Shown piece by piece: positions 38,701-51,508 of a stretch of 64,000 nucleotides of DNA. Numbering within the stretch: position 1 is the stretch's first letter; every line of letters begins with the position of its first letter. The notes under the pieces are model-generated. The model was given only the letters and a program-made list of their open reading frames with translations. It did not search any database and was not told where the DNA came from. This DNA comes from Fistulifera solaris (taxonomy: Eukaryota), in NCBI GenBank assembly GCA_030295235.1, contig AP026126.1, forward strand, positions 434,001-498,000, written 5' to 3'. The position numbers and the translations under genes were made by a program.

Positions 38701-40455
38701 TTCAAGATCCTTAAGATGCGCTATGCGGATACTTTCCAGTTCAGATTTTGTACGAGTCTCCGCTTGTTTTAACTCGTGTTCGAGCCTTGCCTGGTGTTCT
38801 TGTGCTTGTACGTCTATTGCGTGTATCAATTCTTCTTGTGCCATTTTCTGTTGGTCAAGAAGCTTTGCCTCGTACTCAGTTTTGGTCGCATCCATCACTG
38901 CTTGTACTTTCTCCTCGGCTTGTCTTTTCGCCTGCATTAGTTTATCCTGAGATTCCTTTAGAGCGCTTTCTTTCTCCGCCAGCAACTTCGTCCTCAGGCT
39001 TTCAAACTCTCCCTCATAAACATCTTTGAGTTTAACAATGTCGGTTTCGGTAGCTGCAGTTTTAGCAATTTGTTCCGTCAGTGCCTGAATATTTTCTCGC
39101 ATTTCTTGTAAACTTCTTTCTCGGTCTTCCAATTCATTTTGAAGAGACTCTAGAGCAGATTTATGAGATTCTTTCTCATTTGCCAGTTGGACTTGTAAGT
39201 TTTCTGCCGTAATGGAGGTACTCTCAGCATTAACTTTCAGAGACTCAGCATGACTTTGAAGCTGAGAAAGTTCCTTCGCTGCGTCTGATTTGACTTGTTC
39301 TAACTGGTCGTCATGCTTCTTTTGTGCCTGCTCCATGACTTGTTGCCACTTTGTTTCCATTTCATTTCTTATCGCTTCTTCTACCGATTGCCGTGTTTTT
39401 TCAATTTCAGACACTAATAACGCTGTCGATTCGTTTTTGATAGCTTCTATTTGTTCGGCATGCTGTTTCTGCAGCTCCTCAATAGTGGCCGATTCGGAAG
39501 CCTCCTTGTCCTGATGCTTCGCTGTTTGTATCGCAAGTTCCGCCTTTAAAGCCTCCATTTCTGCCTGGTGCTCTTTCACCCTTTGCTCAAGCTCGTTTTT
39601 CGCTGCTTCCGCCATTTCCCCTCGGAGCTTCTCTAATTCGGCTGTTCTGGCTACTTGTACCTTATTCTTGAAAGCCAACAACTGGGCCTTGGCCGCCTGC
39701 TTCACTTTTTCTACTTCATCTGCAGTACTTGACGATTGAGCTTGGGCTTCAGTAAGTTTCTCCATCTCCGCTTTATGAGACTGTGTCAAAGATTCTTTCA
39801 ATGCAAGCATTTCTTTCTCGTGTGTTTCTAGCAGCTCCTTTTTTTCAGCCTCCCAAGCATCCCCCCTGTTGACTCTGCTGGCGAAAGTTTAGAAACTCAT
39901 TTTGCAAGTGCTGCAAGTTCAACGCGTTCTGTTCATCCACCTGTCGCCATGCGGCTTGAAGTTGTAAAACCTCATCTTGATCTTCTTTCACGTCTACCAT
40001 TCCATTCAGAATTTCATCCGTCACAAGAGACTTCAGTCGGGCCTTGTCCGTTTCGAGACTTTCTACCTTGGTCGTCAACTGCTGACGAATCACTGTCAGT
40101 GCTTTCACTTTTTTATTCATTTTCTGCAAAATTTCCAATAATTCGCTTTTCTCCACCGATTCCGCTTTCGAGGGTGTGGGTACATCGACATCGACTTCTT
40201 TACTTTTGGCCCGTTCCGCCAATTCATTCACTTGAGCGGCCGCTTTGGCCTGTAATTCTTGTGCCGATTGACGTAAGGAAGCACCGATCGAACTAAAGTT
40301 ATTGAATCGACCCGCTAAGCCTCCGGTCGGCGTCGGCGATGGCTGCTGTGGACCGTATATCGGATAATAATTATTTTGTGAGAAAAAGGATTGTCGTGGG
40401 ATGAATCATCATCGACATTTTTTTATAGCTAAAAATACTTTACCTTGTCCGACAT
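35800..40455 (-). CDS. GRIP-domain golgin (long coiled coil); first intron about 40346-40443; several frameshifts
   Basis: More than 1,300 aa of heptad-rich E/K/Q/L sequence ending in the GRIP motif 'VNLDYLK..VVKYL....SER..LLPVLATLL.F'. Confidence 0.85.
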
Positions 40456-40852
40456 CTTGAATTGCTCGTTACTTCTTTTATCGGCTTAGGGATGGGAAGA
40501 TCGAGTAACAACGTTCAATTACAACACTTCAAAACCGAAAACGCCGCTAATGGCAATGTTTGTTTTGCCATGGTGTGGAGGTGGAGTGTGGCGAGATAAA
40601 AAACGGTCACATTTGCGTTGGCTCGTCCAGATGTCGCATAGTTACCAAGCATAGAAATCACCAAACTCTATCATTGCCGGGACTGAAAATTGACGGGGCG
40701 AATGAAGATAATCATCATCCCAAAAATTTAGTCTGTTATTATTTTCCAATGTTTCATGCTAATCATTTAACCTTGAACTGAGATTCTAAAAACAATTTTA
40801 TATTTATCCTCGAGCAGAAGAGCGTCAAAGGAGACAAACCAATCCACGCTTC

Positions 40853-42301
40853 CTATTTCTTCTTTTTCGTCCTTAACGAACGGAAACTCGGCTTCTTTTT
40901 GCTCTTAACTGTGGTTGTTACAGCTGGTATCAACGAGACAACTGCAGTATCATTGTTCTCCTCTTCTTCGAAGGGAGCATCATCTATAATAATTTCTGGC
41001 TCTACGAATGGCTCCGCTGGTGTCACCGCAGCCAGGCGTTGCTCTTCCAGAGCATCCTCCTCCAGTACTTCTTCCTCGTCTTTAGCGCGTGGATCGGATG
41101 GAGCTTTTGGATTCAACAAAAGAGTATCCGATTCGTTTTCATCCGATTCCGGTGGGTCTTTGGTATTTTGATCCACCGTCACCAATGGTTCATAGATTCG
41201 TTTCTTTTCTTCTTCCGTAAGTTGAAAGACGGACAAATCTGAAACACAAGAATGATAAAAATAGAGTGAGTCCTTCCCAGTTTTGTTGCCTTTTGCAATA
41301 AAAAACACATTGACGTACCCAGATCCGCGCGCGTCGAAGGATCCAGTGCTTTTCAATCAGCCGCGGGTTTCGAATCAACTCGGCTTGATACTTTCGTTTC
41401 AACTGTTTTCGCGTTCTCTTTTCCTGGAAAAATGCTTCCATCGTACCAAAATCGGTCCCAACTTGTCGCAGCGCTTGATAAAAGAGTCTCGTCTGGTCGG
41501 CCGTCCATCGTTGAGACTTGTTGCGATTCGTAAACGAATGAGCGGTGGCACCGACGACAGCCAATTGGGCTTCTTCTTCGACCACCGACGCATCTTCGTC
41601 CCCCCGGTTGGCCCGATTGATGACGACACTACTTTCTTGCAAGACAATTTCTCCATTCACAATTTGTACGACGGGACCCGCCGTCGTAGTCTCGTCCCAG
41701 GTTTCGCGGTGTTCTCGATGCGGGGCGGTCGTTTCTTTCGCGGCTCCTTTTTGCGTTTGACTTTGAATTGACTGCAAAATGTTGTTAAGCGGGGTAGATC
41801 TCCGGGATCTTTGGCTAATATGGCCTCGTCCATCTCATCCATGGCCTTGGTATCTTCGACAACAAAGACTCGTGTGGTCGCTGGTGTCGGAAGCGGTTCC
41901 TCGATGACGGTCTCGGATGATGTTTCGACAGTTGTTGTTGTTGCTGTTGTTGTTAATGTGGGAGGCCTTACGGATCCGACGGAAACGGCAATCTTTTTGT
42001 ATTTTTTAGGACGAGTGCGTGGCCGTATTGCTTTGGGTGGAGGTTCTGACGCAACTGGCATCATTTCCTGTTCGTCTTCCGGATTCAAGTCCGCGGAAAA
42101 TTCTTCTTCTTCTTCTTCTTCTTCGATTCGTTGTTGTCTCTCTTCTCCTTCTTTCTCCACGGCGTGGCTCACATCAGAATTCGTACGCTGTTTGTGGACC
42201 GCCTTGGCATTCTTCAACCTGGTGGGACGAAAATTGCGTTTTCGTTTTTTACCCATTTGAATCACATGATGCAGCGGCGTGAGAGCAACTTCGTCCGACA
42301 T
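40853..42301 (-). CDS. BDP1: TFIIIB B'' subunit (Bdp1-like SANT); intron near 41239-41317; frameshifts
   Basis: 'GP.VQIVNGEIVL.ESS', 'RWT...T.LFY.ALRQVGTDF..M...F..RTRKQLKRKY..E...NP'. Confidence 0.85.
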
Positions 42302-42753
42302 TGTTCAATGAAATTTATGATAATGATCATCGAAGAAGTAAAGCAAACCAAAAAGAGTCTTTCTTCTTTGTTGTTCTTGTGGAGACGGTACCTGGTAAGA
42401 GCGGCGAATGAGAGGGACGAGTGCTGTTGATGCGCATGTGCGTTGTGCGCTACACAAAACCGATGAAAAGGAGGGATTAGGAGACTTGCGTCTATCCGGT
42501 ATACTATGAATTTTTGATTTTATAGTCAAAAACGCATTCTGTCACACATATGACAACCGCTAAGACTTTGACGATGTCAGCAACACTCAATTCTCGTTTC
42601 TCACACCCCCAACATTTTTCCAACGCTTTCGTTTTTTTTTTTCTGCAAGTGAAATAATTATCTTTTTGCAACGCAACAAAGAACAATTATATTGGAGATT
42701 ATAAAAAATCATCTGATTCGATTAAGTGCTTAACACAAAAGAATGTTTTAAAA

Positions 42754-43874
42754 ATGCACAGAATAAAGAATGCGTACGCAATCCTTGTCTTTTCCTCATT
42801 CATACAGAGAGCAATCGGATGGGCCGGATCTGGCGGGTCATTCCGTTCTCGACGGGCGAAGCATGCCACGAATGTTCGGTCACTCCGACGACGACTCGAA
42901 TCATCATCGTCCAGTGACTTGGAGCACAAGGAACGAATAGATCCCTTGGTTTTTCAAGAACAACCGGAACTAGACCGATTAAAGGAAGAAAATCAACGAC
43001 TGCGGGAAGCACTCGATCGGGTCGAAACCGAAAATGTGCGATTGCAACAAACGTTAGACAATCGGATCATTTTAGAAGTGTTCGAAGGAGAATCGAGAAT
43101 GAAACGCGATCTTGCAAATACCGGAGAATCCGTCACATTGACAGCCGAAAACATGCTGGGAGAAGAGGTTTATTTGGAGGAGGAGGAGGAGTGTTTGCTG
43201 GAGGATCCCGATAGCTGTCCCATTGAGCCGCAGATACCGTTTGGTGAAGCACTCCGTGATCGAGCGTTCTGGTTGGTGGGTCTTTTGGCTATGCAGTCTT
43301 GTAGTGGCTTTATTCTCGCGAACAATGAGGCGCTACTCGGAAATCATCCGATCAGTAAGTACCTACGGACTCTGTTGTGTTTGCCTGTATATCCTACGTC
43401 CTTTCGATTGACATTCGTTTCAAAGTTGTCTATTTCTTAACCATGTTGGTGGGTGCGGGCGGCAACGCCGGTAACCAAGCAAGTGTACGAGTCATACGAG
43501 GATTGGCATTGGGGACTTTGAACAAAGACACACAACGTCAGTTTTTGGTGCGCGAATTCAAAATGGCGTGTGCTTTATCGATGATCCTTTCACTGACAGG
43601 ATTCATCCGCGCAGCTGTCTTTCGAACACCGTTTCCGGAAACGATTGCTGTTACGACTGCCCTAGCGTTGATCGTCTTTAGCAGCATTTGTCTTGGTGCT
43701 GTGTTGCCACTCTTTCTCAAGGCTTTAGGTGTTGATCCGGCGCACAGCAGCACAACCATCCAAGTTGTCATGGATATTCTAGGGGTACTGCTTTGTGTGT
43801 TTGTCTCGAGTGTTGTCCTGGACAGTCCGCTGGGTGCCCTTCTCGTTTCACGGCTGTCCTTTGGTGCAGCCTGA
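42754..43874 (+). CDS. MgtE-family Mg2+ transporter, possibly plastid-targeted; intron 43355-43425
   Basis: 'R..WL..LL', 'FLTMLVGAGGNAGNQ', 'GVDPA....IQV.MD' with the conserved Asp; N-terminal signal-like segment. Confidence 0.88.
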
Positions 43875-44219
43875 AATAAGTTAAGATAGTAATATATTAA
43901 TTACTAGAGACTCAATAGAATCCTCAGTGTATGCTTGAATGATAGAACCGAGGTGTCTGTAGAGGACTGAAGCCCGTAACTCGGGTTCAAAAGGGCAAGA
44001 ATGGTTTCCTTATTAGCGTTATGGCTTGATATTCCTTTCAACGTGGTTAGTCCGTCAACCGATCACAAACCCAAAACCACGAAAAGTTCCCAATAAGAAA
44101 GAATGTTTTTGAAATGGATGCGACGGGAAACCAATGGTGCCTTTTCATTCTCCATGTTCGACCTTGATAGCAGATTTTTTACAAAAACGATTTGAGCATC
44201 ATTATTTCTGTCATAGCCT

Positions 44220-45572
44220 ATGTGGCGCGGAGAAGATTTTAACGAAAACGGCGAAGCGGTTCGACTCTACCAGCCGATTCTGTATGGCAAGAAACCGATA
44301 CAAGATGATCTGACGTGTTCGTTCATCGGAGGACAGTCGTCTACACCCCTTCAATGCAGCTCTTGTCAAGATCCTTTATATCTGCTGGTGCAGCTCTACA
44401 TACCATCGCAATTTTCGCCTTTTTCCAAGAACAGAACGCTGCAGATTTTTTGCTGCAATCGAGCGTCCTGCACAGAGGCATTATTTCTTCCCAAAGAAAA
44501 AGGAAAGCTCGTAGATGGAAGTGGCGTTGTTGTCTGCAAACGCATCGTGACAGAAGCAAGTCCAGCCTTACCAAAGGAGGTCAAAGGCGATGATTGGGAT
44601 GCACCCGATAGCAATGATTGGATTGCAGAAACAGGAGACGAAGAAGCAGAAATGCAATCACTTGAGGCCAAGCTGGCCGCAATGGAGACAATGCCGACAA
44701 AATCAAAAGCTGTTGTCGATAAGAAAAATAACAAGCCCATTGAATCCAGCAATGCTTTTCCCTGTTTCTTGATTCATTCGCAACAGGAACCTCCGGCTTT
44801 GAGACCCGTCGAAGATGATGACGACGTCGGCATGACGGGTTCTGATGATAAGATACAAAAAATGCTGGAAAGGTACATGATGGAAGAAGAAGACGAAGAA
44901 ATTCTAACAGCACTTCGTGGTAGCGTAGGACCATCGAGTGGTGGTGGTGGTAGAGAAAAGGATGAACGTCTTTCGGCCGCCGATCGCGCCTTACTGACAT
45001 TTTCCGATCGTCTCAAACGCTGGCCCCGTCAAGTCTTGCGGTATGCCTACAATGGCGTGCCGCTTTGGTCCATGTAAGTGTATTGTTGTTGTCCACTGTT
45101 GTGGGTTTTGGACGCTCATCGCATCGTTCTCTAGTCCTATCGAAAGCCCTATCGAAGAAACGAAACACATTCCCCAACGAGCCAGGGCCAAGAAACAAGC
45201 AGCAGCCGCACGAAATTGGGAGCCGGTGATACCCGCCTGTCGATGCGGTGCCCCCGAGTCTTCGAACTACAAATTCTTCCTTCGCTGTTGCATGTTTTGG
45301 AAGTCGACAAAGCTTCCACGGGGAATGATTTGGGATCACTTTACAGTTATGGTATGAATTGGGGCAATTTATGCGTCTACTCGTGTCCCCATTCGTGCCC
45401 CGTGTCTGATGCGGAATTTGTGGTGGTACAAGAATCCGTAGACGAGAAGCCGGCGGAAGCTCGACGCACTATGCATGACGTTGTTATTCAGGAAGATTCT
45501 CAATTTGCCGACGACGACGAGGACGAAAATGGCGATGAAAGTGACGAGGAAATGGACGATGACGAATGCTAG
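44220..45572 (+). CDS. PDCD2/TSR4-family uS5 chaperone; intron from about 45074; frameshift near 45240
   Basis: 'IGG....CSSC...L.LLVQLY', 'PRQVLRY..G..PLW', 'C..RVFELQILPSLL', 'MNWG...VYSC..SC'. Confidence 0.85.
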
Positions 45573-46048
45573 TTTTATTTCTTTCAAATTTTATCTTGAT
45601 TACACTTAGGCAATAATGATGATGAAGGAAGCATCCAATGACTCTAGAAAATTATGTTTCGTGCATGTTCGTAAGTGGGCGCAGGGCAAACCATAGACAA
45701 TAACCACTACGACATACATTCCAAAGTTTGCATTCTCTTTTGCGCGCCTGCCAGCCCAGCCTTGCTCGGAATTTCCCTCCACGAAAAAGGAGGGAAAACG
45801 ACGCTGCGGGCGTTTGGGAAAACTCCATCACCGCACTCCTCGGCGTGAAAGGAAGTAGAGAGGGAAGCTTGCACCATTCTTTCGTTCCTTTGTGATGCTG
45901 TTTATTTGAAAGCAGGTTACTTACGAAAGAAAGGAAACAGGGGATCGAAAGCGCGTTGCCGTACTTACTTCACGGAGCTACATTTTTATCAAAGAGCGAG
46001 AACATCCGAGGATCTCCGTTGTTAACGAAAAACAATTTTAACTCTACC

Positions 46049-49000
46049 ATGGACAGCTCGCACTGGAATGCGACACGCTCAAAGCAAGAGCCACTGCACC
46101 AACCTAATTATAGTTTCTCTTACGTACCGAAAGCCCGGCCGGACTTGCAAGGATCGTCCTTGCAACGCATCAATGATCGCCAGCATTTATTGAAAAGCAT
46201 GGCGGAAATGTTGCTCTTGTGCAAGGAAGCGACCCGTCGCCGGCCCACGGGTAAAGGCTCCGGAAGTAAGCCATTGTCGCTCGAGTACATGGCGGACCGC
46301 TTAGATATTGATGATCCCCTCTTTGGTTACGTCATTCGTACGAACGAAAATTTGGAGCAGCACGAAAGTTGGAAAAAGGGCATGTTACAGGGATTTATTA
46401 CGGTGACGACGTTTACCAATTGGCAACGAACGTTTCGTTGGGATTCTTCGATAGAAGCGGCGTTTGATCATGATACGTTGGAGGAGCGTGTTTGGGATAG
46501 TACCAACCAACTGGCGAGGGAGCTGCAGGCGACGGTCCGATTCGGTAATATTTGGGAAGAAGGTGTAGTATGGCCTCGCATTGCCGAAATTTCGCTATTA
46601 GGTGCACTGGGTTGCGGCAAGGTAAATCAGCTGGACTTTTTGTATTAATTGCTTGTGGTAGTCTGTTATAGTCTTGACTCACGGATGCCCTGAATTGAAT
46701 GCTTGACAGGCTTTGGTAGCTTTAGTGATTGAGGAATTGGAGCGCTTAAAAGCGTCCGGGAAAGCCAATTATGATTACGTCGTCTTGCAGGCAACAGATA
46801 ATTCAATTCCTTTTATGAATCGATGGGCTTTGTCCGTGTTGGTGCTGTTACGGCCGTCGACGAAGCGGAGCAAAACAAACGATTTTATGAAGATGCGCAC
46901 GAGTCAAACGAAGTAACCGCGGAGGTATTACCCGATCATTCCCCGGAAAAACCTTCGGCACTAGCCATTCCGAACCATTTTGTCAGGTCGGAGCTTACCA
47001 TATACAAAACATCCAAGGCAGGAACTACTCTAGCCGATGTTGCCAAGAGATGCCGAGCGGATGTGTGGGATATCATTTTTCTAAACAAAAGCATGTACGG
47101 TGATTTGACACCGAGTAGTCGACTATTGGCAGATACGATTCTTTATGTTCCCGTGAAATCGAAATTTGATTTATCCAGTTCGCCTCGCAAAGAACGTCTC
47201 ACGAGACAGTCCGAATCGGAGACTCCACAATATTACACAGCAAAGGAGAATGATACGCCTCGCTTAATCGCGAAAATGTTTGGTGTAAACTGCCTCGATC
47301 TCGTCGAAGCGAATAAGGTCCGACTACCAGGGCTTGTTTCCAATTCGAGACTCAAGAATGGCACGAAAGTTAAAGTCTCACATCTCGATCAACCTGAGGT
47401 CGCTTACAAACCGTATGCTCATTGGTCATTCCCCGACGATAGCTTCGAGGAAGGCGAACCCAGTTATATGATGGCTCGCAAGCTGGAACGACGCCGAGGA
47501 AATGACGCACGAGAGCGCCCGTTTGCCGCATCTCTGGCTGTCAGCGTGTCCGAGTACGAACCAACAGATCTCTTGCTTCCTCCATCACCATCCCCTGTCA
47601 AAATCAGACAAAGGCATTCCAGTGTCCGCAAGAATCGACGTACATCTCTTCCGAATGAGCCGATTCGACCGAAGAAGCCGATGGGATCATACTTTTTCTT
47701 TGCGTCTGAACAACGACAAATTTATAAAGATCAGTTTGAGGGCAGAAGTACCGGCGAAGTGTCGAAAATTTTAGCCGACGAATGGAAGGTATTGCCGGAA
47801 AACGAAAAGGAGAAATACATTGAAATGGCTGCGAATGCCAAGGCTGAGTACGACGAAGCGAAGATAATTTATGAAAAGGAGCTTGCGGCTTTCCGCGCTG
47901 CCAATCCATCTCTAGCTGAATCGGAACCATCGGAAGCTGCAAACGAAGACTACACTACTCCAAAGAAGATTGATCTATTTAATAAAGTTGTCAAGCTTAA
48001 GTCTCAAGCTATCACTGAAGGTTCTGAATACCAATACTGGTAAGTTATTCTTTGACATGTCTTGTGTGGTGCGAAGTGTGCATCATTCTTCCTAATATTT
48101 GGTCACAGGTATGTTCTTACTTACATTCCTGATTTGAAATGGTGTCACTTAGCGCCCATGGTTCAGGTTGGCGTGTTTGGCCCCGACAAACAGAAGGCCG
48201 CAGGTCGACCGAAGTACATGTTGGTTGATGAAAGCTTGGGCAAAGAAGTTGACATCGCTTCTAGTTTTTGCATTCCCGTAAAGGCTCGTTTCATGAAACG
48301 TACACTTGATGCCGATAAAGAAGAATGGGATGTTATCGATGGGTTGACGGACCGTGTCTCCTCCAAACGTCTCTCTTCAATCGGTGGCGATTCTTCTACT
48401 GAACTGACTGCTAGTAAGAAAAGTGCTTCTTCTCAGGTCCTTGTCGCAAAGTATCCAGGTCGTTCTGCACTGATTTCGGTGCGTCTTGTAGGGGTAGACG
48501 ACGAAAGCCAAACATCTCCGCCTCGAAAACGAGGTAGACCGAAGGGATCGAAAAATCGCTCAACTCCGCCGCCACGCCGAATTCGTGACAGTGAGACATC
48601 CCCTACAAGTCTTTCCTCTGCGTCGTCACTATCGACATTAAATCTTGACTTCTTTATTGCAAACACGAAGAAAAAAGCTTCTTCTGGGCCCATTGCCAAG
48701 CAGCCCAAGAAAAGAAGCACAACTGCTACTGCTACATCGAAGACGCAGGCCTCAAAGAAAGTCGCTTCGACGACTCAGCTGAAGACCAAGTTCAAAGTTT
48801 TGCCACCACCACTAACCCCAGAAGTGAGTAGGAAGAGGCCTTTAGCTTCCTCATCAGCCGAACCGTCTTTGAAACGAGCTAGACGAAGCGCAGCCCCTCG
48901 GTTCCTTGGAGAAGCAATGATTGAGTTTGACGATAAATCAGACAAGATTCCCTATAACCCGCCGAAGAAAGCGGGTCAACGTACAAACGACAAATCCACC

Positions 49001-49330
49001 ACTCCTGATATTCCATTAGTTTTGAGCTCCAAAATCAACGCAACTCACTCGAAGAGGAAGTCGGAGGGCATTTCGAATAAAGATGCTAGCAAGACCGTCC
49101 AAAAGTCGGTTGCTACGACGAGCAAACGCTGGCATCCGTTCCGAGAGACGAGAAACGGCAAGCTCACACCAAGAACTAGGAGGTCCGAAAATCAACCTTC
49201 CCCGGCTGTCCTCCGATTGTCCCCTCGCATTCTCAACTCAAAGGACAATATGATTGATGAAAAACCGAAAGCAAAGCCGACTCTTTATGAAATCATCAGC
49301 AGAAAGCGTTCTGTCGGTAATCATGGTTAA
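46049..49330 (+). CDS. Multidomain GNAT acetyltransferase with two LysM, HMG box, SH3/Tudor-like segment and AT-hook; introns 46622-46709 and 48040-48108; frameshift at T-run near 46812
   Basis: GNAT 'IAEISLLGALGCGK|ALV..YDYVVLQAT.NSIPF(Y)ESMGFVRVG'; LysM 'Y......TLADVAKR...DV.DI..LN' and 'YTAKENDTPRLIAKMFGV...DLVEAN'; HMG 'PKKPMGSYFFF..W..LPENEKEKY'; 'RKRGRPKG'. Confidence 0.8.
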
Positions 49331-49366
49331 ACTTCCGAAGCAGAAAAAATCATTTATTTTAGCAAT

Positions 49367-50485
49367 TTAGTTAGACTTACTTTCTCTATTCGCGTGTTTC
49401 GCAGATGGAACCATTGCCGCCAATTCTCTTTGGAGTTCAAGGAGTCCACCGCAGGGTTTTCCATCTTGACTCGTTTTGACAACCGCACGAGCACTGACGA
49501 GCATGACTGGTAGTCTACCGGCTTCGCGTCTCAAATTGTCCGAAAGCTGTTCGCGCACCAGTCGCACCCGTCGGGCAAGTTCGCCTTGGTGCACCAAATC
49601 GCATTTCGTAAGCACTACTTGAATGGGCGGCAGTGTCTTTTTCTTAATGTTGGCGGAATCTTTATAGACGAGTTCGTCTTCCAACATGGTTAGAAAATCA
49701 ATATCCGCTTTCTTCATCCCATGCCGGGCATCAATAAGTAACAAAATACGTTTCAAATGACCCTGTCGCTGTTTCAGAAACGAAAAGATGAGATCATCTA
49801 CGGTTTTCTTTGTTTCTTCGGAAGCATACGCAAACCCGTAACCGGGCAAATCCACCAAGCAGAGGCGACATGTGCTATCTTCTCCACTCGACAAGTGATA
49901 AAAGGTAACTTGCTTCGTCTCCCCCGGTTTATTGGACGTAACGGCTTTGATTCCTTTCGGTAACTCTATCGTTTGGATGCGGGATCGTCTCCCCGCTCTT
50001 CCTCCATCCGCCGCCCGATTCTCATTTCGATTCGCGTACAGCAACGTATTCAAAAGAGTGGATTTGCCCACATTGGATCTTCCAATGAAAGCAATTTCTG
50101 GACGCTCTTTGTGAACAGGAGGAAAGCCCATGTTTTCATCGAGTGTATTGACAGCGCTGACTGATGCAATAACACGAACGGGAAGAGCATTGGGACCGAA
50201 CGGCAAAGGAACCTTCCAGGACGTCGGATTGTTGGCATTTTCGTCGGTGGTCCCATCATTTCGTCGATTTTTCCTTCGACGAGGAGGAATTCCCACTCCA
50301 ATGGAAGTTATGTATTTAAGTATAGAAGGATCGACGGGGGTGTCTCGAAATTGCTGTCTTTGACTCTTTCCGACGGAAGCGGCCGTGTCGGTAGCGAACG
50401 AAAGCAGATGCGGACGGGTGAAGAACAGCGTCCGTCGTAGCATCGGCGCGCCACGAATCACAAGTCCTCGCAGATGCGACTTCAT
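49367..50485 (-). CDS. engB: EngB/YihA ribosome-biogenesis GTPase, probably mitochondrial
   Basis: 'PEIAFIGRSNVGKSTLLN', 'PGET', 'VDLPGYG', 'LTKCD'. Confidence 0.92.
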   Translation of the reverse strand: MKSHLRGLVIRGAPMLRRTLFFTRPHLLSFATDTAASVGKSQRQQFRDTPVDPSILKYITSIGVGIPPRRRKNRRNDGTTDENANNPTSWKVPLPFGPNALPVRVIASVSAVNTLDENMGFPPVHKERPEIAFIGRSNVGKSTLLNTLLYANRNENRAADGGRAGRRSRIQTIELPKGIKAVTSNKPGETKQVTFYHLSSGEDSTCRLCLVDLPGYGFAYASEETKKTVDDLIFSFLKQRQGHLKRILLLIDARHGMKKADIDFLTMLEDELVYKDSANIKKKTLPPIQVVLTKCDLVHQGELARRVRLVREQLSDNLRREAGRLPVMLVSARAVVKTSQDGKPCGGLLELQRELAAMVPSAKHANRESKSN

Positions 50486-50600
50486 TGTTGTTTTCCATTC
50501 AAAACCACCAAGCGATGACTGTAATGCAACTTTAATTTAGTTTTGACGCGTGCAACATGCACGGCAGTATTTTTTTTGACAAAAGGGGCAAACGGATAGC

Positions 50601-50880
50601 CTCATGACTGAAAAGCAGTCTTGGCGAAGTATCTCCTACAGTTTCTGACTATAGTCAATTCTAAAGCGAACGATCTGACAGGGCCGTCAATGATCCAGGG
50701 CTGAATTTCAACCGCTATGAGAGGTAATTTCATCATCATCCTGAACAGGATTGCCGATGAACGGGCTAACCTTGGTGATCATGGTCTCTTTGTTTGGCCT
50801 GGACGTTTTTTGGCATTTACCTCGTGACTGAAAGCAGTCATGGGAGCGTTTCTCCTAATCTCACACTTTACGCAATAGTA
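50601..50880 (+). repeat. Direct pair of the intergenic hairpin/CTATAGT element (50601-50655, 50821-50880)
   Basis: CTCATGACTGAAAAGCAGTCTTGG..CTATAGT and CTCGTGACTGAAAGCAGTCATGG..CAATAGTA; 220 bp apart. Confidence 0.75.
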
Positions 50881-51036
50881 AATGTTGACCATTGATTTCT
50901 TGAGGACGATGTACGAAAAGCGGACGAGAGCCTACGAAACAACGAATCTGCAAAGCATTTTTAAACATTTTATTACCTTATCTAAGTAATCGCATCTCGT
51001 TTTTCGTCTCGTCGACATTTAAAGCACAAAAGAAAG

Positions 51037-51462
51037 ATGGCAACCACAAGCCCCGCCGAGAATCCAGGCAATATAATGGCTTCCGCCGTGGACGCCGAAG
51101 TCACCAAGTTCAAAGTACTGCAGCAAGAAATCACCAAATTTCGTTCCGATCTCCAATTCGTTTTAGGGCAGAGGACAGAAAATGAAATGGTGCAACAAGA
51201 ACTGGATCTTATTGGGAACGATGGCATTGTGTATAAACGAATTGGCCCGGTACTTCTTCAACAGGAGGTAGACGAGGCTCGACAAACGGTGCATAAACGA
51301 TTGGAGTTTATTCAATCCGAAATTGACAAAATGGAGTCGAAGATTGCCGCCAAAGAAAAAGAAGGAACAGAGATTGCTGTCAAGGTACAGCAAATGCAAT
51401 CACAACTACAGCAGGTGACGGCGGAGGCAGTACGAGCCATAGCCGAACAACACGGAAAGTAA
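51037..51462 (+). CDS. PFD6: Prefoldin subunit 6
   Basis: 'Q.TENEMV.QEL....VYKRIGPVLL.Q...EA...V.KRLEFI..EI'. Confidence 0.93.
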   Translation: MATTSPAENPGNIMASAVDAEVTKFKVLQQEITKFRSDLQFVLGQRTENEMVQQELDLIGNDGIVYKRIGPVLLQQEVDEARQTVHKRLEFIQSEIDKMESKIAAKEKEGTEIAVKVQQMQSQLQQVTAEAVRAIAEQHGK

Positions 51463-51508
51463 AATAATACCTGGTATACAATCTTTATGGTTGTAATCAT
51501 TCTTACAA

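Noticed and set aside
50601..50880. CRISPR-like reading of palindromic repeats with unique spacers
   Set aside because: Only 2-3 degenerate copies per locus, spacers of about 160 bp, eukaryotic context and no cas genes.
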